This document shows, piece by piece, positions 1-9,853 of a stretch of 64,000 bases of DNA; within the stretch, counting starts at the first letter, position 1; every line of letters begins with the position of its first letter. Origin of the DNA: Bacteroidales bacterium (GTDB lineage: Bacteria; Bacteroidota; Bacteroidia; Bacteroidales; JAAYJT01); contig JBASHR010000108.1 of the NCBI GenBank assembly GCA_049654165.1, forward strand, positions 7,999-71,998. The letters are read 5' to 3'. The translations under genes and the position numbers were made by a program. The notes under the pieces were generated by a model. That model saw nothing but the letters and a program-made list of their open reading frames with translations. It did not search any database and was not told the origin of the DNA.

Positions 1-177
1 TTCTTTTGAGATCTGATTCATTTCGGCATTCACCTGATCAAGACGGCTTTTTGCATCTCTGCGGGTTTTATCAATCTGAATTATCTGATCAACAATGGTG
101 GCAGCATCAAAATTTTTAACGCTCAACCTTTCAATGATGAATTCAGGGTTTTCTTTTATTACATTGAGTTCTAACAT
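1..177 (-). CDS. serS: Seryl-tRNA synthetase, N-terminal fragment; the gene runs off the window edge
   Basis: My own minus-strand translation from the ATG at 175-177 gives MLELNVIKENPEFIIERLSVKNFDAATIVDQIIQIDKTRRDAKSRLDQVNAEMNQISKE. The frame stays open to position 1. This matches the N-terminal coiled-coil arm typical of SerS. It is not in the ORF track because it is truncated. Confidence 0.6.
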   Translation of the reverse strand, partial: MLELNVIKENPEFIIERLSVKNFDAATIVDQIIQIDKTRRDAKSRLDQVNAEMNQISKE

Positions 178-210
178 AATATATCAGCTTAAAAAGCAGC
201 AAAATTAGAT

Positions 211-238
211 AAAAAAACCCGGTTATAAATATACCGGG
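211..238 (-). terminator. Rho-independent terminator downstream of rpmA
   Basis: The stem is CCCGGT/ACCGGG (218-238). On the minus strand it is followed by a T7 tract (A7 at 211-217 on plus). Confidence 0.6.
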
Positions 239-275
239 CACCACAAATTTTTATTAATGAACAAACTTATTACAA

Positions 276-539
276 TCATTCCTGGGTTTCAGGAAAAACC
301 GAAACATAGGATTTATTATTCTTTCTTTTTTTGAATTCCACTTTACCATCAGTCAATGCAAACAAGGTATGGTCTTTACCCATGCCAACATTGATACCCG
401 GTGAATGTACAGTTCCGCGCTGACGGACAATAATATTGCCAGCCTGTGCAAACTGACCACCAAAAATTTTCACTCCTAAACGTTTGCTGTGCGATTCGCG
501 ACCGTTACTTGAACTACCAGCACCTTTCTTGTGAGCCAT
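276..539 (-). CDS. rpmA: 50S ribosomal protein L27
   Basis: The N-terminus [24 protein letters not shown] is the L27 signature. The length is 87 aa and the gene sits immediately downstream of L21. Confidence 0.95.
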   Translation of the reverse strand: MAHKKGAGSSSNGRESHSKRLGVKIFGGQFAQAGNIIVRQRGTVHSPGINVGMGKDHTLFALTDGKVEFKKRKNNKSYVSVFPETQE

Positions 540-586
540 AATATCTGATTATTAATTCCTTACGGAAGATTAAACTTGTATTTATC

Positions 587-898
587 TTAATTAGTTATAT
601 CATTTATCTCAATTTTGCTCAGGTATTGCCTGTGTCCATTGAGTTTCTGATATCCTTTTCTTCTTTTTTTCTTGAACACCAGTACTTTATCACCTTTTAA
701 ATGCTCAAGAATAGTTGCAGTAACAACTGCACCTTCTACTGTAGGCGTTCCAACGGCTGTCTGACCTTCATTTTCAATCAATAATACATTATTGAATTCA
801 ACTTTGTCGCCTGTGCTGCCTTCAAGCCTGTGAACAAATAATTTTTGTCCTTTTTCTACTTTGAACTGCTGTCCTGCTATATCAACAATTGCTACCAT
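587..898 (-). CDS. rplU: 50S ribosomal protein L21
   Basis: [18 protein letters not shown] is the canonical L21 N-terminus. I chose the internal ATG at 898 rather than the track start at 940, because 940 would overlap a -7 promoter box. Confidence 0.9.
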   Translation of the reverse strand: MVAIVDIAGQQFKVEKGQKLFVHRLEGSTGDKVEFNNVLLIENEGQTAVGTPTVEGAVVTATILEHLKGDKVLVFKKKRRKGYQKLNGHRQYLSKIEINDITN

Positions 899-937
899 TA
901 TTTCTTTGCTTTTTTTAGTTGTTGCAAATTGGGGGTG

Positions 938-945
938 CAAAATTA
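938..945 (-). promoter_or_regulatory. Bacteroidota-type -7 box (TAATTTTG) upstream of rplU-rpmA
   Basis: The minus strand reads TAATTTTG, which matches the TAnnTTTG consensus, about 40 nt upstream of the rplU ATG. I found no clean -33 TTTG. Confidence 0.4.
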
Positions 946-1160
946 GACAAATTATTTAAATACCAATGCTATGATAATAAAATTTTCATCCTAAAAATAA
1001 TTTATCATCATGATAATACCATGCTCTGCCTTATTAATCAATAGTTTAGAGCGTTAAACCAATCTTACCAGCCGGATTTTTATTATTTGACAATTATCCG
1101 TTAAACCAAAATTATTAATGCTTTATTAATCATTTGTCTTCCGGTTACTGAATTGGGTAA

Positions 1161-2936
1161 CTAATAGATTATAGTACTCAAATCCTTTATTCTGCCAACC
1201 GGATAAACATTTTTATTATGGTCGCGGTAATCTGACCGCATGTAGAACCAGTTAAGAATATTCCACTGTTGTTTAAAAAGATCCGGATTCTTTTGTTTTG
1301 CATCTTCAAACTCCTTCCTCAGAGTTTCATCATTATCCAGCATCTTTCTCGCCAAAGGTTCCATAACGTACGTTTCTGCATATTCTTTCTGTTCAAATAC
1401 AGCATTAAAAAACCCCCAGTACAGAAACGAATCATTGCTTTTGGGTTCAAGCATACGTGCAATAAGCCGTGCTGACGGCTGATCCATAGGTATTATTACT
1501 GAACCAGCAGCAAATTCACGTTTCATCATAACCGGTGTAGCATCAGCATTTACAGTGTGATGCCCTTCGTTTGGCATAATGCTCCAAACAGGATTTTCAA
1601 AAATATAAGTCTCAATCTCAATATTTATTTTTTCACGAACCGGATACATTTTTATACCATGACACTTCATCCGCCCGATTATTTCCGTCCATTCAGCCGG
1701 GATTATATAAGCTTCAGGAAGGAAGGCAGTAGCCGAAGGAATATTTTTGTTGAACATAGGCAATGAATATGTTACCGGACGCTCAGGATAATAATGAAAC
1801 CAGGGGCCACCTGTTAAATCGCTGGTACTTATATCATACTCCACCCCTTTAAAATCTACCATAATACTATCAGTATTTGAAATTCTGAACCCCAATGGAA
1901 ATGGTTCTTTACGAAATTCTGCCGAAGCACAGTACTTATCAGCCTTATCTATCAGATCTTTCAGCTTATCCCCCTCTTTACTGAGGATGTTCATAGTGTA
2001 AAGTATCATATTGTATGTGCCTTCAACCCGGGTTTTATAATCTTTCAGCATATGAGTTTCAATAAGTAAACCCGGACGATTAAGCAATGCGCAATAACCC
2101 TGTGAAAGCATGCCCGGTGCAGCACCGGTTCGCAAACCACTACGTATATCATGCCATTGCCTGAAAGTAACATATGGGAATATTGGAAATCCTGCATCTT
2201 CCATCTTCTTGCTTACAGAAGGCTCATAAACATCACTTAACCAATGAGTAAGGTTCTGATCCATATTGCCCAGTGTTTCAATCATATATGTTATTGCATA
2301 CTGATAATCAGCTCCGTCAGTACTATGACAATCAATGAAGAAATGCGGTTTCCATTCATTAAATAATTTAAGCCATGCCTGCATTTCGGGAGCGTCAGCT
2401 TTAACAAAATCACGGTTCAGATTAAGATTTTGTGCTGTAGTGCGCCATCCCATCTCTTTTGGGCCATTTTGATTGATCCGGTTATAGGGTCCGAACCGCT
2501 CATGGCCATCAACATTAAAAATAGGAATGAAAAGCAGGGTTATATTATCAAGCAGGTCATGATATTTTCCATGGACAACAATATCCCTGATAAGCATCAA
2601 AACAGCATCTTTTCCATCAGGTTCGCCAGGATGAATACCGGACTCAATTAACAAAACAGTTTTACTGGTCTTTCCCGGAGTAAACTGACCATCCTTGTCA
2701 ACGATCAACAAAGGTAAAAGCCTGCCCTGAGGACTTACGCCAAAATTTGTGTAATGAACTACAGGCGAGTAGTCAGCAAGACGTTTACAAAACTCCACAG
2801 TTTGCTCGTATCGCGGAGTTTCAAGAAAACCTGATCTCTCGTAGTAGGTTTCCCAATTTGGATTCTGGGCTTTAATAAAGGAAAAAGCTAATATGAAGAA
2901 CAGAGAACAAAGTAGTTGTAGTTTTCGTAAGCGCAT
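1161..2936 (-). CDS. Secreted M14-family zinc carboxypeptidase
   Basis: It has an N-terminal signal peptide (LFFILAFSFIKAQ). The HxxE zinc motif is present as HPGEPDG, followed by NVDGHERF. Length is 591 aa. Confidence 0.75.
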   Translation of the reverse strand: MRLRKLQLLCSLFFILAFSFIKAQNPNWETYYERSGFLETPRYEQTVEFCKRLADYSPVVHYTNFGVSPQGRLLPLLIVDKDGQFTPGKTSKTVLLIESGIHPGEPDGKDAVLMLIRDIVVHGKYHDLLDNITLLFIPIFNVDGHERFGPYNRINQNGPKEMGWRTTAQNLNLNRDFVKADAPEMQAWLKLFNEWKPHFFIDCHSTDGADYQYAITYMIETLGNMDQNLTHWLSDVYEPSVSKKMEDAGFPIFPYVTFRQWHDIRSGLRTGAAPGMLSQGYCALLNRPGLLIETHMLKDYKTRVEGTYNMILYTMNILSKEGDKLKDLIDKADKYCASAEFRKEPFPLGFRISNTDSIMVDFKGVEYDISTSDLTGGPWFHYYPERPVTYSLPMFNKNIPSATAFLPEAYIIPAEWTEIIGRMKCHGIKMYPVREKINIEIETYIFENPVWSIMPNEGHHTVNADATPVMMKREFAAGSVIIPMDQPSARLIARMLEPKSNDSFLYWGFFNAVFEQKEYAETYVMEPLARKMLDNDETLRKEFEDAKQKNPDLFKQQWNILNWFYMRSDYRDHNKNVYPVGRIKDLSTIIY

Positions 2937-2947
2937 AAAAAATGAGA

Positions 2948-3985
2948 TTAATGAAACAGTTTCGATATTTCTTCTTTATTGGGTTTAATAATCCCTTTAC
3001 TCGTTATTAAACCTGTTATCAGTGCTGCCGGCGTTACATCAAAAGCGGGATTCAAAGCCTGAGAACCGGGAGCTGCTATCTTAATATTTTCAATGTCCCC
3101 TTGTTTGTTCAACCCCGAAATACTAATGACTTCATCGGGACTGCGGAACTCAATAGGAATTTCACTACCTGATGTCATGCTCATGTCGAAAGTTGAAAGT
3201 GGAGCAGCCACATAAAACGGGATACCGAAATAATCAGCAAGTATCGCTTTCCCGAGTGTTCCGATCTTATTGGCAATATCACCATTAGCAGCTACACGAT
3301 CGGTTCCAACTATAACAAGTTGTATTTTCCCATGTTGCATCATGTATGCTGCTGCATTATCGGCTATTATATGATGTCTGACATTTTCGTTTCCAAGCTC
3401 CCAGGCAGTTAACCTTGCACCCTGACAACGCGGGCGGGTTTCATCAACAAAAACCGTAAAATCCTTGTTTTTCCTTTTGGCTTCGTATATTGGAGAAAGC
3501 GCACTGCCATGATCTACAAAGGCTATCCATCCTGCATTACAATGGGTCAATATTCCCATTCCATCTTTAATCAGCGGTTCACCATATATGCCTATGAGCC
3601 TGCCCTCCTTACTGTTCTCAGCAGCAATTTCCTGAGCCTCCCTTATAGCCTCCTCAGTATTTGAACATGAAGCAACTCTTTGTGTAGCAAAAAAAAGATC
3701 ACGTGCAGTGGGGCGTGTAGCCTCTATAGCTGTTCTGGCTGCTAAAAGATATTCATCCTTATTCGTGGATGGCGCCTGTAAAAAAGCCTGCGCCATGGCA
3801 AAACCGGCTGCTGCCCCTATAGCCCCGGCACCCCTTACATTCATATTGCGAATAGCTTCGGCAGTTTCTTCCCAGGTTCTGCAAACCATAATCTCAAACA
3901 TAAACGGAAGCTTATTCTGGTCAATCATGTGAACCGCACCGTTTTCCCACCATAAGGTCAAATAATGTTTTCCGCTGACAATCAT
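2948..3985 (-). CDS. mtnA: S-methyl-5-thioribose-1-phosphate isomerase (eIF-2B alpha/beta/delta family)
   Basis: The N-terminus contains LWWENGAVHMIDQNKLP and VRGAGAIGAAAGF. The motif TGADRVAANGD appears as VGTDRVAANGDIANKIGT. Length is 345 aa. Confidence 0.85.
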   Translation of the reverse strand: MIVSGKHYLTLWWENGAVHMIDQNKLPFMFEIMVCRTWEETAEAIRNMNVRGAGAIGAAAGFAMAQAFLQAPSTNKDEYLLAARTAIEATRPTARDLFFATQRVASCSNTEEAIREAQEIAAENSKEGRLIGIYGEPLIKDGMGILTHCNAGWIAFVDHGSALSPIYEAKRKNKDFTVFVDETRPRCQGARLTAWELGNENVRHHIIADNAAAYMMQHGKIQLVIVGTDRVAANGDIANKIGTLGKAILADYFGIPFYVAAPLSTFDMSMTSGSEIPIEFRSPDEVISISGLNKQGDIENIKIAAPGSQALNPAFDVTPAALITGLITSKGIIKPNKEEISKLFH

Positions 3986-4217
3986 ATATTAAAATTAAAA
4001 CCGGCTAACAGCCACAAAAATACATAAAGTAACACTGTTGGTATTCATTGAAAACTGATTAAGTACATTTTGCAACGTTCCGGAATGTTTTCCTTTTAAA
4101 TGAACAGGAGCATTCAGGCAAAAAATGAAAAAATTTATTTAATCTTCATCTTCGTTTGTAACCTCAATCATAAAGCATGCGTCATATAGTTCGGAAACAA
4201 ATTAAAAAATATTTAAT

Positions 4218-4544
4218 ATGGAAGGAATATTAGTTCCACTTGGTGCTTTCGCAATGGTTGTTGCCATAGTTTATCTTCGTCAAAGAAAAGCTGAACGAAT
4301 GCTTATGATTGAAAGAAAAGTTGATCCTAAAATTTTTGAAACCAAAAAGCAACCCATGCAAAATTTAAAATGGGGTATTTTACTGGTAGGACTGGGGTCA
4401 GGGCTGATCATTGCCAATGCATTGTCGCGCACGGTTTATTTCACAAAAGAGGAAGCATATTTTGCCATGCTATTCCTGTTTGGAGGATTAAGTCTGCTGG
4501 TCTTTCATTATATTGACTGGAAAAAACGGAAAAAAGCTGAATGA
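4218..4544 (+). CDS. Small membrane protein with about 3 predicted TM segments (DUF6249-like), function unknown
   Basis: It is 108 aa with hydrophobic segments and a basic tail (KKRKKAE). A terminator hairpin follows. Confidence 0.5.
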   Translation: MEGILVPLGAFAMVVAIVYLRQRKAERMLMIERKVDPKIFETKKQPMQNLKWGILLVGLGSGLIIANALSRTVYFTKEEAYFAMLFLFGGLSLLVFHYIDWKKRKKAE

Positions 4545-4561
4545 TATCTATTGATTAAGAA

Positions 4562-4593
4562 CCTGTTACATGTTTTTGTTTAACAGGCTTTTA
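4562..4593 (+). terminator. Putative rho-independent terminator
   Basis: The stem is CCTGTTA (4562-4568) / TAACAGG (4581-4587), followed by CTTTTAT. Confidence 0.45.
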
Positions 4594-4625
4594 TATATGA
4601 ACCAATGAAAACACTGGTTTTGATC

Positions 4626-5192
4626 TTACAGAAACCGGTATGTGTGAACCGGAATATATAATGGTCCTTCACGGCGAAGGATGCTTTCATAAAGTATCAG
4701 TTCCTTTATTTGCTGGCTTCCTGAATCGTGTATCCTATTTTCTTCAAGAACCTGCTGAAATCCTTTTTTATCCCTCAGTTCCTTTATCCTTCCAATAGTG
4801 AGATGTGGCACAAAATTCTGCCTGTCAGGAAAGATGCCAATAGTTTTCAATTGTTCGCTTACCCTGATGAAAAGTTGTTGCATGTTATCACCGGCTTCAA
4901 TCCCAAACCAAATAACTCGCGGATCGTATCTGCTGCCAAACATGCCCGTATTTCTGACTTCTAAACTGAACTTTTCCGTTGATTGGCAGGCAATTTTCAA
5001 ACATTTATCAATATCAGGGATCTGGTGTACAAAAGTATCGCCAAAAAATTTTATTGTTAAATGCATGTTCGATGGGTTGACCCAGGTAATACGTTCATTT
5101 CTAAGCGATTGTTTAATCCTGTCATATACTTCCAAAAAAGTTTCGGAAGCCTGAATTTTTACAGCAGCAAATAATCGTTTGGTTTTCTGCAT
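4626..5192 (-). CDS. thpR: RNA 2',3'-cyclic phosphodiesterase (2H phosphoesterase, LigT/ThpR)
   Basis: Two HxT motifs are present: HLTIKFFG and HLTIGRIK. Length is 188 aa. Confidence 0.85.
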   Translation of the reverse strand: MQKTKRLFAAVKIQASETFLEVYDRIKQSLRNERITWVNPSNMHLTIKFFGDTFVHQIPDIDKCLKIACQSTEKFSLEVRNTGMFGSRYDPRVIWFGIEAGDNMQQLFIRVSEQLKTIGIFPDRQNFVPHLTIGRIKELRDKKGFQQVLEENRIHDSGSQQIKELILYESILRREGPLYIPVHTYRFL

Positions 5193-5314
5193 ATATTGAT
5201 ATGTTATTGATAATGTATGACTTATCTTGTAATTCCAGCTTAGTGTTCAGATAAAACTCACTGCAAATCTATAAAAGATTAAATTTGAAAAAGATAATCA
5301 GCTTTTTAAAAAGA

Positions 5315-5344
5315 TTTGATATAAAAGAAATTTTTCTACCTTTG
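5315..5344 (+). promoter_or_regulatory. Bacteroidota sigma-A-type promoter for tRNA-Ala
   Basis: A -33 TTTG (5315-5318) is separated by an 18-nt spacer from a -7 TACCTTTG (5337-5344, TAnnTTTG). It ends 19 nt before the tRNA 5' end. Confidence 0.6.
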
Positions 5345-5362
5345 CCGCCCCAAACATAGCTC

Positions 5363-5436
5363 GGGGCGTTAGCTCAGTTGGCTAGAGCGTTAGACTGGCA
5401 GTCTAAAGGCCAGGGGTTCGACTCCCCTACGCTCCA
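5363..5436 (+). tRNA. tRNA-Ala (anticodon GGC)
   Basis: I folded the cloverleaf by hand. The acceptor stem is GGGGCGT/ACGCTCC with the Ala-identity G3:U70 pair. The anticodon stem is TTAGA/TCTAA with loop CTGGCAG. The T arm is GGGGTTCGACTCCCC. CCA is not encoded. Confidence 0.9.
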
Positions 5437-5443
5437 CAATAAA

Positions 5444-5482
5444 AGCCTGTAAATTATCATATTACAGGCTTTTTCGTTTTTT
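5444..5482 (+). terminator. Rho-independent terminator after tRNA-Ala
   Basis: A 9-bp stem AGCCTGTAA/TTACAGGCT is followed by TTTTTCGTTTTTT. Confidence 0.75.
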
Positions 5483-5662
5483 AAGCTTCCTGATTCTAAC
5501 AGTTGTGAAAACAGCACTATTTGAGTTTAAGTATCATTCACAATCCGGTAAATGCGAAATCCATCTTTTACTTACAGGATAACGATTTCATCAAAACCGC
5601 TGTCAGTTTATGGGTTATAATTTCAAATTCTTGCGTATATTTGCGACATTAATAATGTACTG

Positions 5663-6349
5663 ATGAAAAAAATTGTAGTATTAAGTGGCGCAGGTATCAG
5701 CGCTGAAAGCGGCATAAGCACTTTTCGTGATGCCGGCGGTTTATGGGAAAATTACAGAATTGAGGAAGTTGCTACCTATGAAGCATGGGAGCGCGATCCT
5801 GAACTTGTTCTGAAATTCTATAATCAACGCCGCAAACAGCTTCTTGAGGTAAAACCAAATGCAGGGCATTACTCATTGGTAAAACTTGAAGAAAAATTTG
5901 ATGTGCAAATCATCACACAAAATGTTGACGATCTGCATGAACGTGCAGGTTCAAAGAAGGTATTGCACCTTCATGGTGAATTAAGAAAGGTAAGAAGTAC
6001 TGCCGATCCCAATCTGGTATATGATCTTGATGGCTGGGAACTAAAAAAAGGCGACATGTGTGAAAAAGGTTCACAACTTCGTCCTCATATTGTATGGTTT
6101 GGCGAAGCTGTACCAATGATAGTCCCTGCTGCCAAAATTTCCTCCGAAGCAGATATTTTCATTGTGGTAGGAACCTCTATGCTTGTTTATCCTGCTGCAG
6201 GACTTATTGATTATGTGCCGGTTAAATCTCCTAAATATCTAGTTGATCCAAATGCACGCGAAATAAGACATATAAGCAACCTTACTGTAATCCCCGAAAA
6301 AGCGGGAACCGGTCTGGTAAGGCTTGTTGACGAACTACTGGCTAATTAA
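5663..6349 (+). CDS. cobB: NAD-dependent protein deacylase (Sir2/CobB family)
   Basis: The motifs GAGISAESGISTFRDAGGLWE and QNVDDLHERAG are present. Length is 228 aa. A TATATTTG -7 box lies at 5636-5643. Confidence 0.85.
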   Translation: MKKIVVLSGAGISAESGISTFRDAGGLWENYRIEEVATYEAWERDPELVLKFYNQRRKQLLEVKPNAGHYSLVKLEEKFDVQIITQNVDDLHERAGSKKVLHLHGELRKVRSTADPNLVYDLDGWELKKGDMCEKGSQLRPHIVWFGEAVPMIVPAAKISSEADIFIVVGTSMLVYPAAGLIDYVPVKSPKYLVDPNAREIRHISNLTVIPEKAGTGLVRLVDELLAN

Positions 6350-6359
6350 TTTCACGAAT

Positions 6360-6818
6360 ATGAACAGAATTATTTTTCTAATAATCTTTGGTGCTTTGTT
6401 TTTTGCCGGATGTCAGAAAGACGAAAGCAAACAGGATGAAATTGACAGAAAAAAGATACTTGATTATATAAAGGAACACAATATCAATGCTCTTGAAACC
6501 TCTTCAGGGCTGTTCTATGTAATTGAAAACCCTGGCACTGGCGGGCATCCAAATGCTTCTTCAACTGTTAGTGTGCGATATACCGGTTATTTTCTCGATG
6601 GCACTATCTTCGACTCAAATGAAGGCAAGGATTTGGTACCTTTTAGCCTTGAACGTGTTATTAAAGGATGGCAGGAAGGAATTCCACTGTTTCAGAAAGG
6701 TGGGACAGGGAAATTGCTAATCCCGTCGCGCCTTGCATATGGGTCTAATTCAGTGGGTTATGGCATTCCCAATAATTCAGTGCTGATCTTTGATATCCGG
6801 TTGATTGATTTTAACTGA
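6360..6818 (+). CDS. FKBP-type peptidyl-prolyl cis-trans isomerase, lipoprotein
   Basis: The lipobox is LFFAGC. The FKBP core includes VSVRYTGYFLDGTIFDSN and LLIPSRLAYG. I chose the internal ATG at 6360 because the track start at 6324 overlaps cobB. Confidence 0.85.
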   Translation: MNRIIFLIIFGALFFAGCQKDESKQDEIDRKKILDYIKEHNINALETSSGLFYVIENPGTGGHPNASSTVSVRYTGYFLDGTIFDSNEGKDLVPFSLERVIKGWQEGIPLFQKGGTGKLLIPSRLAYGSNSVGYGIPNNSVLIFDIRLIDFN

Positions 6819-6826
6819 CTAAGATA

Positions 6827-7297
6827 ATGAGCAATTATTCTTTAAGTATCAATCATTTCTTGGAAAAAGCAAAACGGTTTTGCAATATTCAGGATCGTAG
6901 TGAAATGGAAGTATTATCAAAATTGAAATTCTGGAATTGCAAACCTGAATGGATACCGGATATCATCAATGAATTGAAAAAGGAAAGATTTCTGGATGAA
7001 CAAAGATTTGCCAATAGTTTTGCAAGAGGAAAATTCAGAATGAAAAGCTGGGGAAAGCTAAAGATCATGGCTGCCCTGCTTCAGCAAAACATATCTCAGG
7101 ATATGATAAACAAGGCTTTGAATGAAATTGATGAAAACGATTACAGAAATACTCTTGCTGATTTGCTGGAAAAAAAATGGAAGACAACTACAGGGGAACA
7201 CTACTCAAAGATCAATAAAACTGCTGCCTACGCTATAAATAAAGGTTATGAGTCCGGACTTGTTTACGAGATTTTGCGAAGCTCCACATTTACATGA
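6827..7297 (+). CDS. recX: Regulatory protein RecX
   Basis: It is 156 aa of helical repeats. FLDEQRFANSFARGKFRMKSWGKLKI resembles the RecX repeat core. Confidence 0.65.
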   Translation: MSNYSLSINHFLEKAKRFCNIQDRSEMEVLSKLKFWNCKPEWIPDIINELKKERFLDEQRFANSFARGKFRMKSWGKLKIMAALLQQNISQDMINKALNEIDENDYRNTLADLLEKKWKTTTGEHYSKINKTAAYAINKGYESGLVYEILRSSTFT

Positions 7298-7441
7298 GGT
7301 TCGGTAACTGATAATGAACAAAAACCAAAAACTCATCACTGACCTTAATTTTTTCAGTTTTAGGTTATTATTTTTGAACTTTTAATTCATTCATTACTTT
7401 ATATATACAAAAACTAATCATCTGATAAATCATTATAAATC

Positions 7442-8531
7442 ATGTCAACATCAGAAATGGTCAAAGAACTGAAACAGAGGCTCGATGCCTTAAGGAGGTT
7501 TCTTTGAAATAGATAAGAAAAAGAAACTTATCTCGGAAGAGGAAGAATTAACACATGCTCCCGAGTTCTGGAGCAATACCAAAAAAGCTGAGGCTGTTTT
7601 AAAATCCATTAAAGAAAAGAAAGACTGGGTAAAAGCTTTTGATAAAGCACAGACTGCCTATGATGATCTGGCTGTATTGTGGGAATTTTATCAGCTTGAG
7701 GAAGCAACAGTAGAGGAGGTTGAGAAACAGTATAAAATCTCTTTGAACCTCATTGAAGACCTTGAATTCAGAAATATGCTCAGCGGTGAGGAAGATAAGC
7801 TGGGAGCAATAGTACAGATCAATTCAGGTGCAGGAGGGACTGAAAGTCAGGATTGGGCTGAAATGTTGCTGCGCATGTACCTTCGCTGGGGCGAACGTAA
7901 TGGTTATCAAACCACTGTTCTCAATCTTCAGGAAGGAGATACTGCCGGTATAAAAACTGCCTCAATTGAATTTGACGGCAATTATGCTTTCGGTTATCTG
8001 AAAGGTGAGAACGGAGTTCATCGTCTTGTCAGATTATCGCCTTTTGATGCAGCCAACAAACGCCATACTTCATTTGTCTCTGTATATGCATATCCTGTAA
8101 TTGATGACAATATTACTATAGAAATCAATCCTGCGGATATCTCATGGGATACTTTTCGTTCCAGTGGACCGGGCGGGCAAAATGTAAATAAAGTAGAAAC
8201 TGCCGTTCGTCTTCGGCATGCTCCTACCGGAATCATAATTGAGTGCCAGGAAACACGTTCGCAACAGCAAAACCGCGAAAAAGCATTACGAATGCTTAAA
8301 TCGCAGCTATATGAAATTGAGCTTAGAAAGAAGCAGGAGGAACAGGCGAAAATTGAAAGCAATAAAAAACTTATTGAATGGGGTTCGCAGATAAGAAATT
8401 ATGTAATGCACCCGTATAAATTGGTTAAAGATCTGCGAACAGGTTATGAAACATCAAATGTTCAGGCTGTTATGGATGGAGAAATTGATGATTTTATCAA
8501 GCGCTACCTGATGGAATTTGGCCGTTCTTAA
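7442..8531 (+). CDS. prfB: Peptide chain release factor 2, expressed by a programmed +1 frameshift (7442-7504 joined to 7506-8531)
   Basis: Frame 0 reads [21 protein letters not shown] and then TGA. The +1 frame continues as [24 protein letters not shown] and is in phase with the track ORF 7677-8531. The SPF motif (RLSPFD) and the GGQ motif ([10 protein letters not shown]) are both present. Confidence 0.93.
7493..7507 (+). promoter_or_regulatory. RF2 autoregulatory frameshift site
   Basis: The sequence is AGGAGG-TTT-CTT-TGA-A. An internal SD-like element sits 3 nt upstream of the CTT TGA slippery/stop site, the same geometry as the classical E. coli site. Confidence 0.9.
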
Positions 8532-9100
8532 ACAATTATAGCCGGAGGATCATCCTTTTTTTCCTCCTTTTTTTCTTCCTTTTTGTCCTCTTTTTTCTCT
8601 GGCTTGACTTCAGGCACCCAATCTTTAACCAGAGGCCAGATACCCGGAATTACCTTTGACAAAGGATTGTAGAGGTATGATTTGTTTCGCATTTCACCTG
8701 TTATCAATTTACCTTTTGTATCAATGCTGTTTATTACAAAAACAAGGATGCCAAGAAAAAGAGCAACACGTAAAAGACCAAACATCATTCCGAACAAACG
8801 ATTTATTATTCCCAATTCAGCCATTTTCACCAGTTTGTCCAACAGGTTTCCAAGTATCTGTATTATTACAACTACAATAACAAATGTTAAAACAAAAGAA
8901 ATAATGCTCATATACGAATTGTCGAAACCCATATCGTTTCGAAGCCAAACGGCAACCATATCTGAAAAATGAATTGAGATCCAGATACCGGCAAATAAAG
9001 CTATAAGAGAAGTGAGTGACAGAATGAGCCCTTTTGAGAAACCTTTATAGGCAAACCAGACAACAGGGATCAGTATAACAATGTCTATAGCGCTCATCAC
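8528..9100 (-). CDS. cvpA: CvpA-family membrane protein with a K/E-rich C-terminal tail
   Basis: The N-terminus is [25 protein letters not shown]. There are 4 hydrophobic segments. The tail reads [17 protein letters not shown]. Confidence 0.75.
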   Translation of the reverse strand: MMSAIDIVILIPVVWFAYKGFSKGLILSLTSLIALFAGIWISIHFSDMVAVWLRNDMGFDNSYMSIISFVLTFVIVVVIIQILGNLLDKLVKMAELGIINRLFGMMFGLLRVALFLGILVFVINSIDTKGKLITGEMRNKSYLYNPLSKVIPGIWPLVKDWVPEVKPEKKEDKKEEKKEEKKDDPPAIIV

Positions 9101-9106
9101 ATTATT

Positions 9107-9853
9107 TTAATGCTTCAGTTGTTTTGTCAACTGTGAAGCAAAAACAAAATTATTAAGTTCCTTATTATCGCTGTTGAATATATCTTCGCGTGTGCCTTCC
9201 CACCATAACTTTCCCTGAAATACAAAACATACTTTATCGCCGATTTCCATTACCGAATTCATATCGTGAGTGTTAACTATCGTAGTTATCCTATACTCTC
9301 TGGTGATCTCACTTATTAATTTATCAATTACATTTGAGGTCACAGGATCCAGACCAGAATTAGGTTCGTCGCAAAACAAATATTTAGGATTAATTGAGAT
9401 TGCCCTTGCGATAGCAACACGTTTTTTCATTCCTCCACTAAGCTCTGAAGGATATAATTTATTGGCATTTTCAAGGTTTACCCTTTGCAGGCAAAAGTTT
9501 GCACGTTCAAGTTTTTCATCCCGCGAAAGCTTAGTGAACATCGAAAGCGGAAATATCACATTTTCTTCAACAGTCATAGAGTCAAACAATGCACTACCCT
9601 GGAACAACATACCTATTTCGCGCCGGATTTCACCAACTACCTGTGGCGCTGATTCCGAAAAAGGTCTTCCGTCATATTCAATTGTACCATTATCAGGTTT
9701 AATGAGGCCGACAAGGCATTTCATCAACACTGTCTTTCCTGAACCGCTGGTGCCTATTATCAGGTTGGTTTTTCCGCGTTCAAACCTGACTGAAACATCA
9801 TCAAGTACCTGATGTTCACCAAATTGTTTTGATAAATGTTCGGCTACTATCAT
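9107..9853 (-). CDS. ABC transporter ATP-binding protein (MlaF-like)
   Basis: It has Walker A GTSGSGKT, signature LSGGMKKR and Walker B LFCDEP. It overlaps the upstream permease gene by 4 nt. Confidence 0.85.
   Translation of the reverse strand: MIVAEHLSKQFGEHQVLDDVSVRFERGKTNLIIGTSGSGKTVLMKCLVGLIKPDNGTIEYDGRPFSESAPQVVGEIRREIGMLFQGSALFDSMTVEENVIFPLSMFTKLSRDEKLERANFCLQRVNLENANKLYPSELSGGMKKRVAIARAISINPKYLFCDEPNSGLDPVTSNVIDKLISEITREYRITTIVNTHDMNSVMEIGDKVCFVFQGKLWWEGTREDIFNSDNKELNNFVFASQLTKQLKH

Noticed and set aside
5363-5482. tRNA-Ala could be an integration site for a genomic island.
   Set aside because: There is no integrase, and I could see no direct repeat of the tRNA 3' end. Flanking genes are housekeeping genes with uniform composition.
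5663-6349. The Sir2-domain protein could be a defence effector of the Thoeris ThsA or DSR type.
   Set aside because: It is a short (228 aa) canonical CobB-type sirtuin with no extra N- or C-terminal domains and no partner gene. Its neighbours are housekeeping genes (FKBP, recX).
8531-8600. A purine/pyrimidine-skewed repetitive nucleotide stretch (ccttttttt-cctcc repeats) lies at the prfB/cvpA junction.
   Set aside because: It simply encodes the K/E-rich C-terminal tail of CvpA ([17 protein letters not shown]) on the minus strand. It is not a regulatory repeat.
9270-9812. A 180-aa ORF lies antisense to the MlaF-like ATPase gene. Similar antisense ORFs occur at 47195-47557 (ptb), 59553-60234 (sufD/sufC), 8018-8362 (prfB) and 50380-50790 (ndh).
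   Set aside because: These are shadow ORFs opposite genes that have unambiguous conserved motifs. Their translations are low-complexity with no recognisable motifs.
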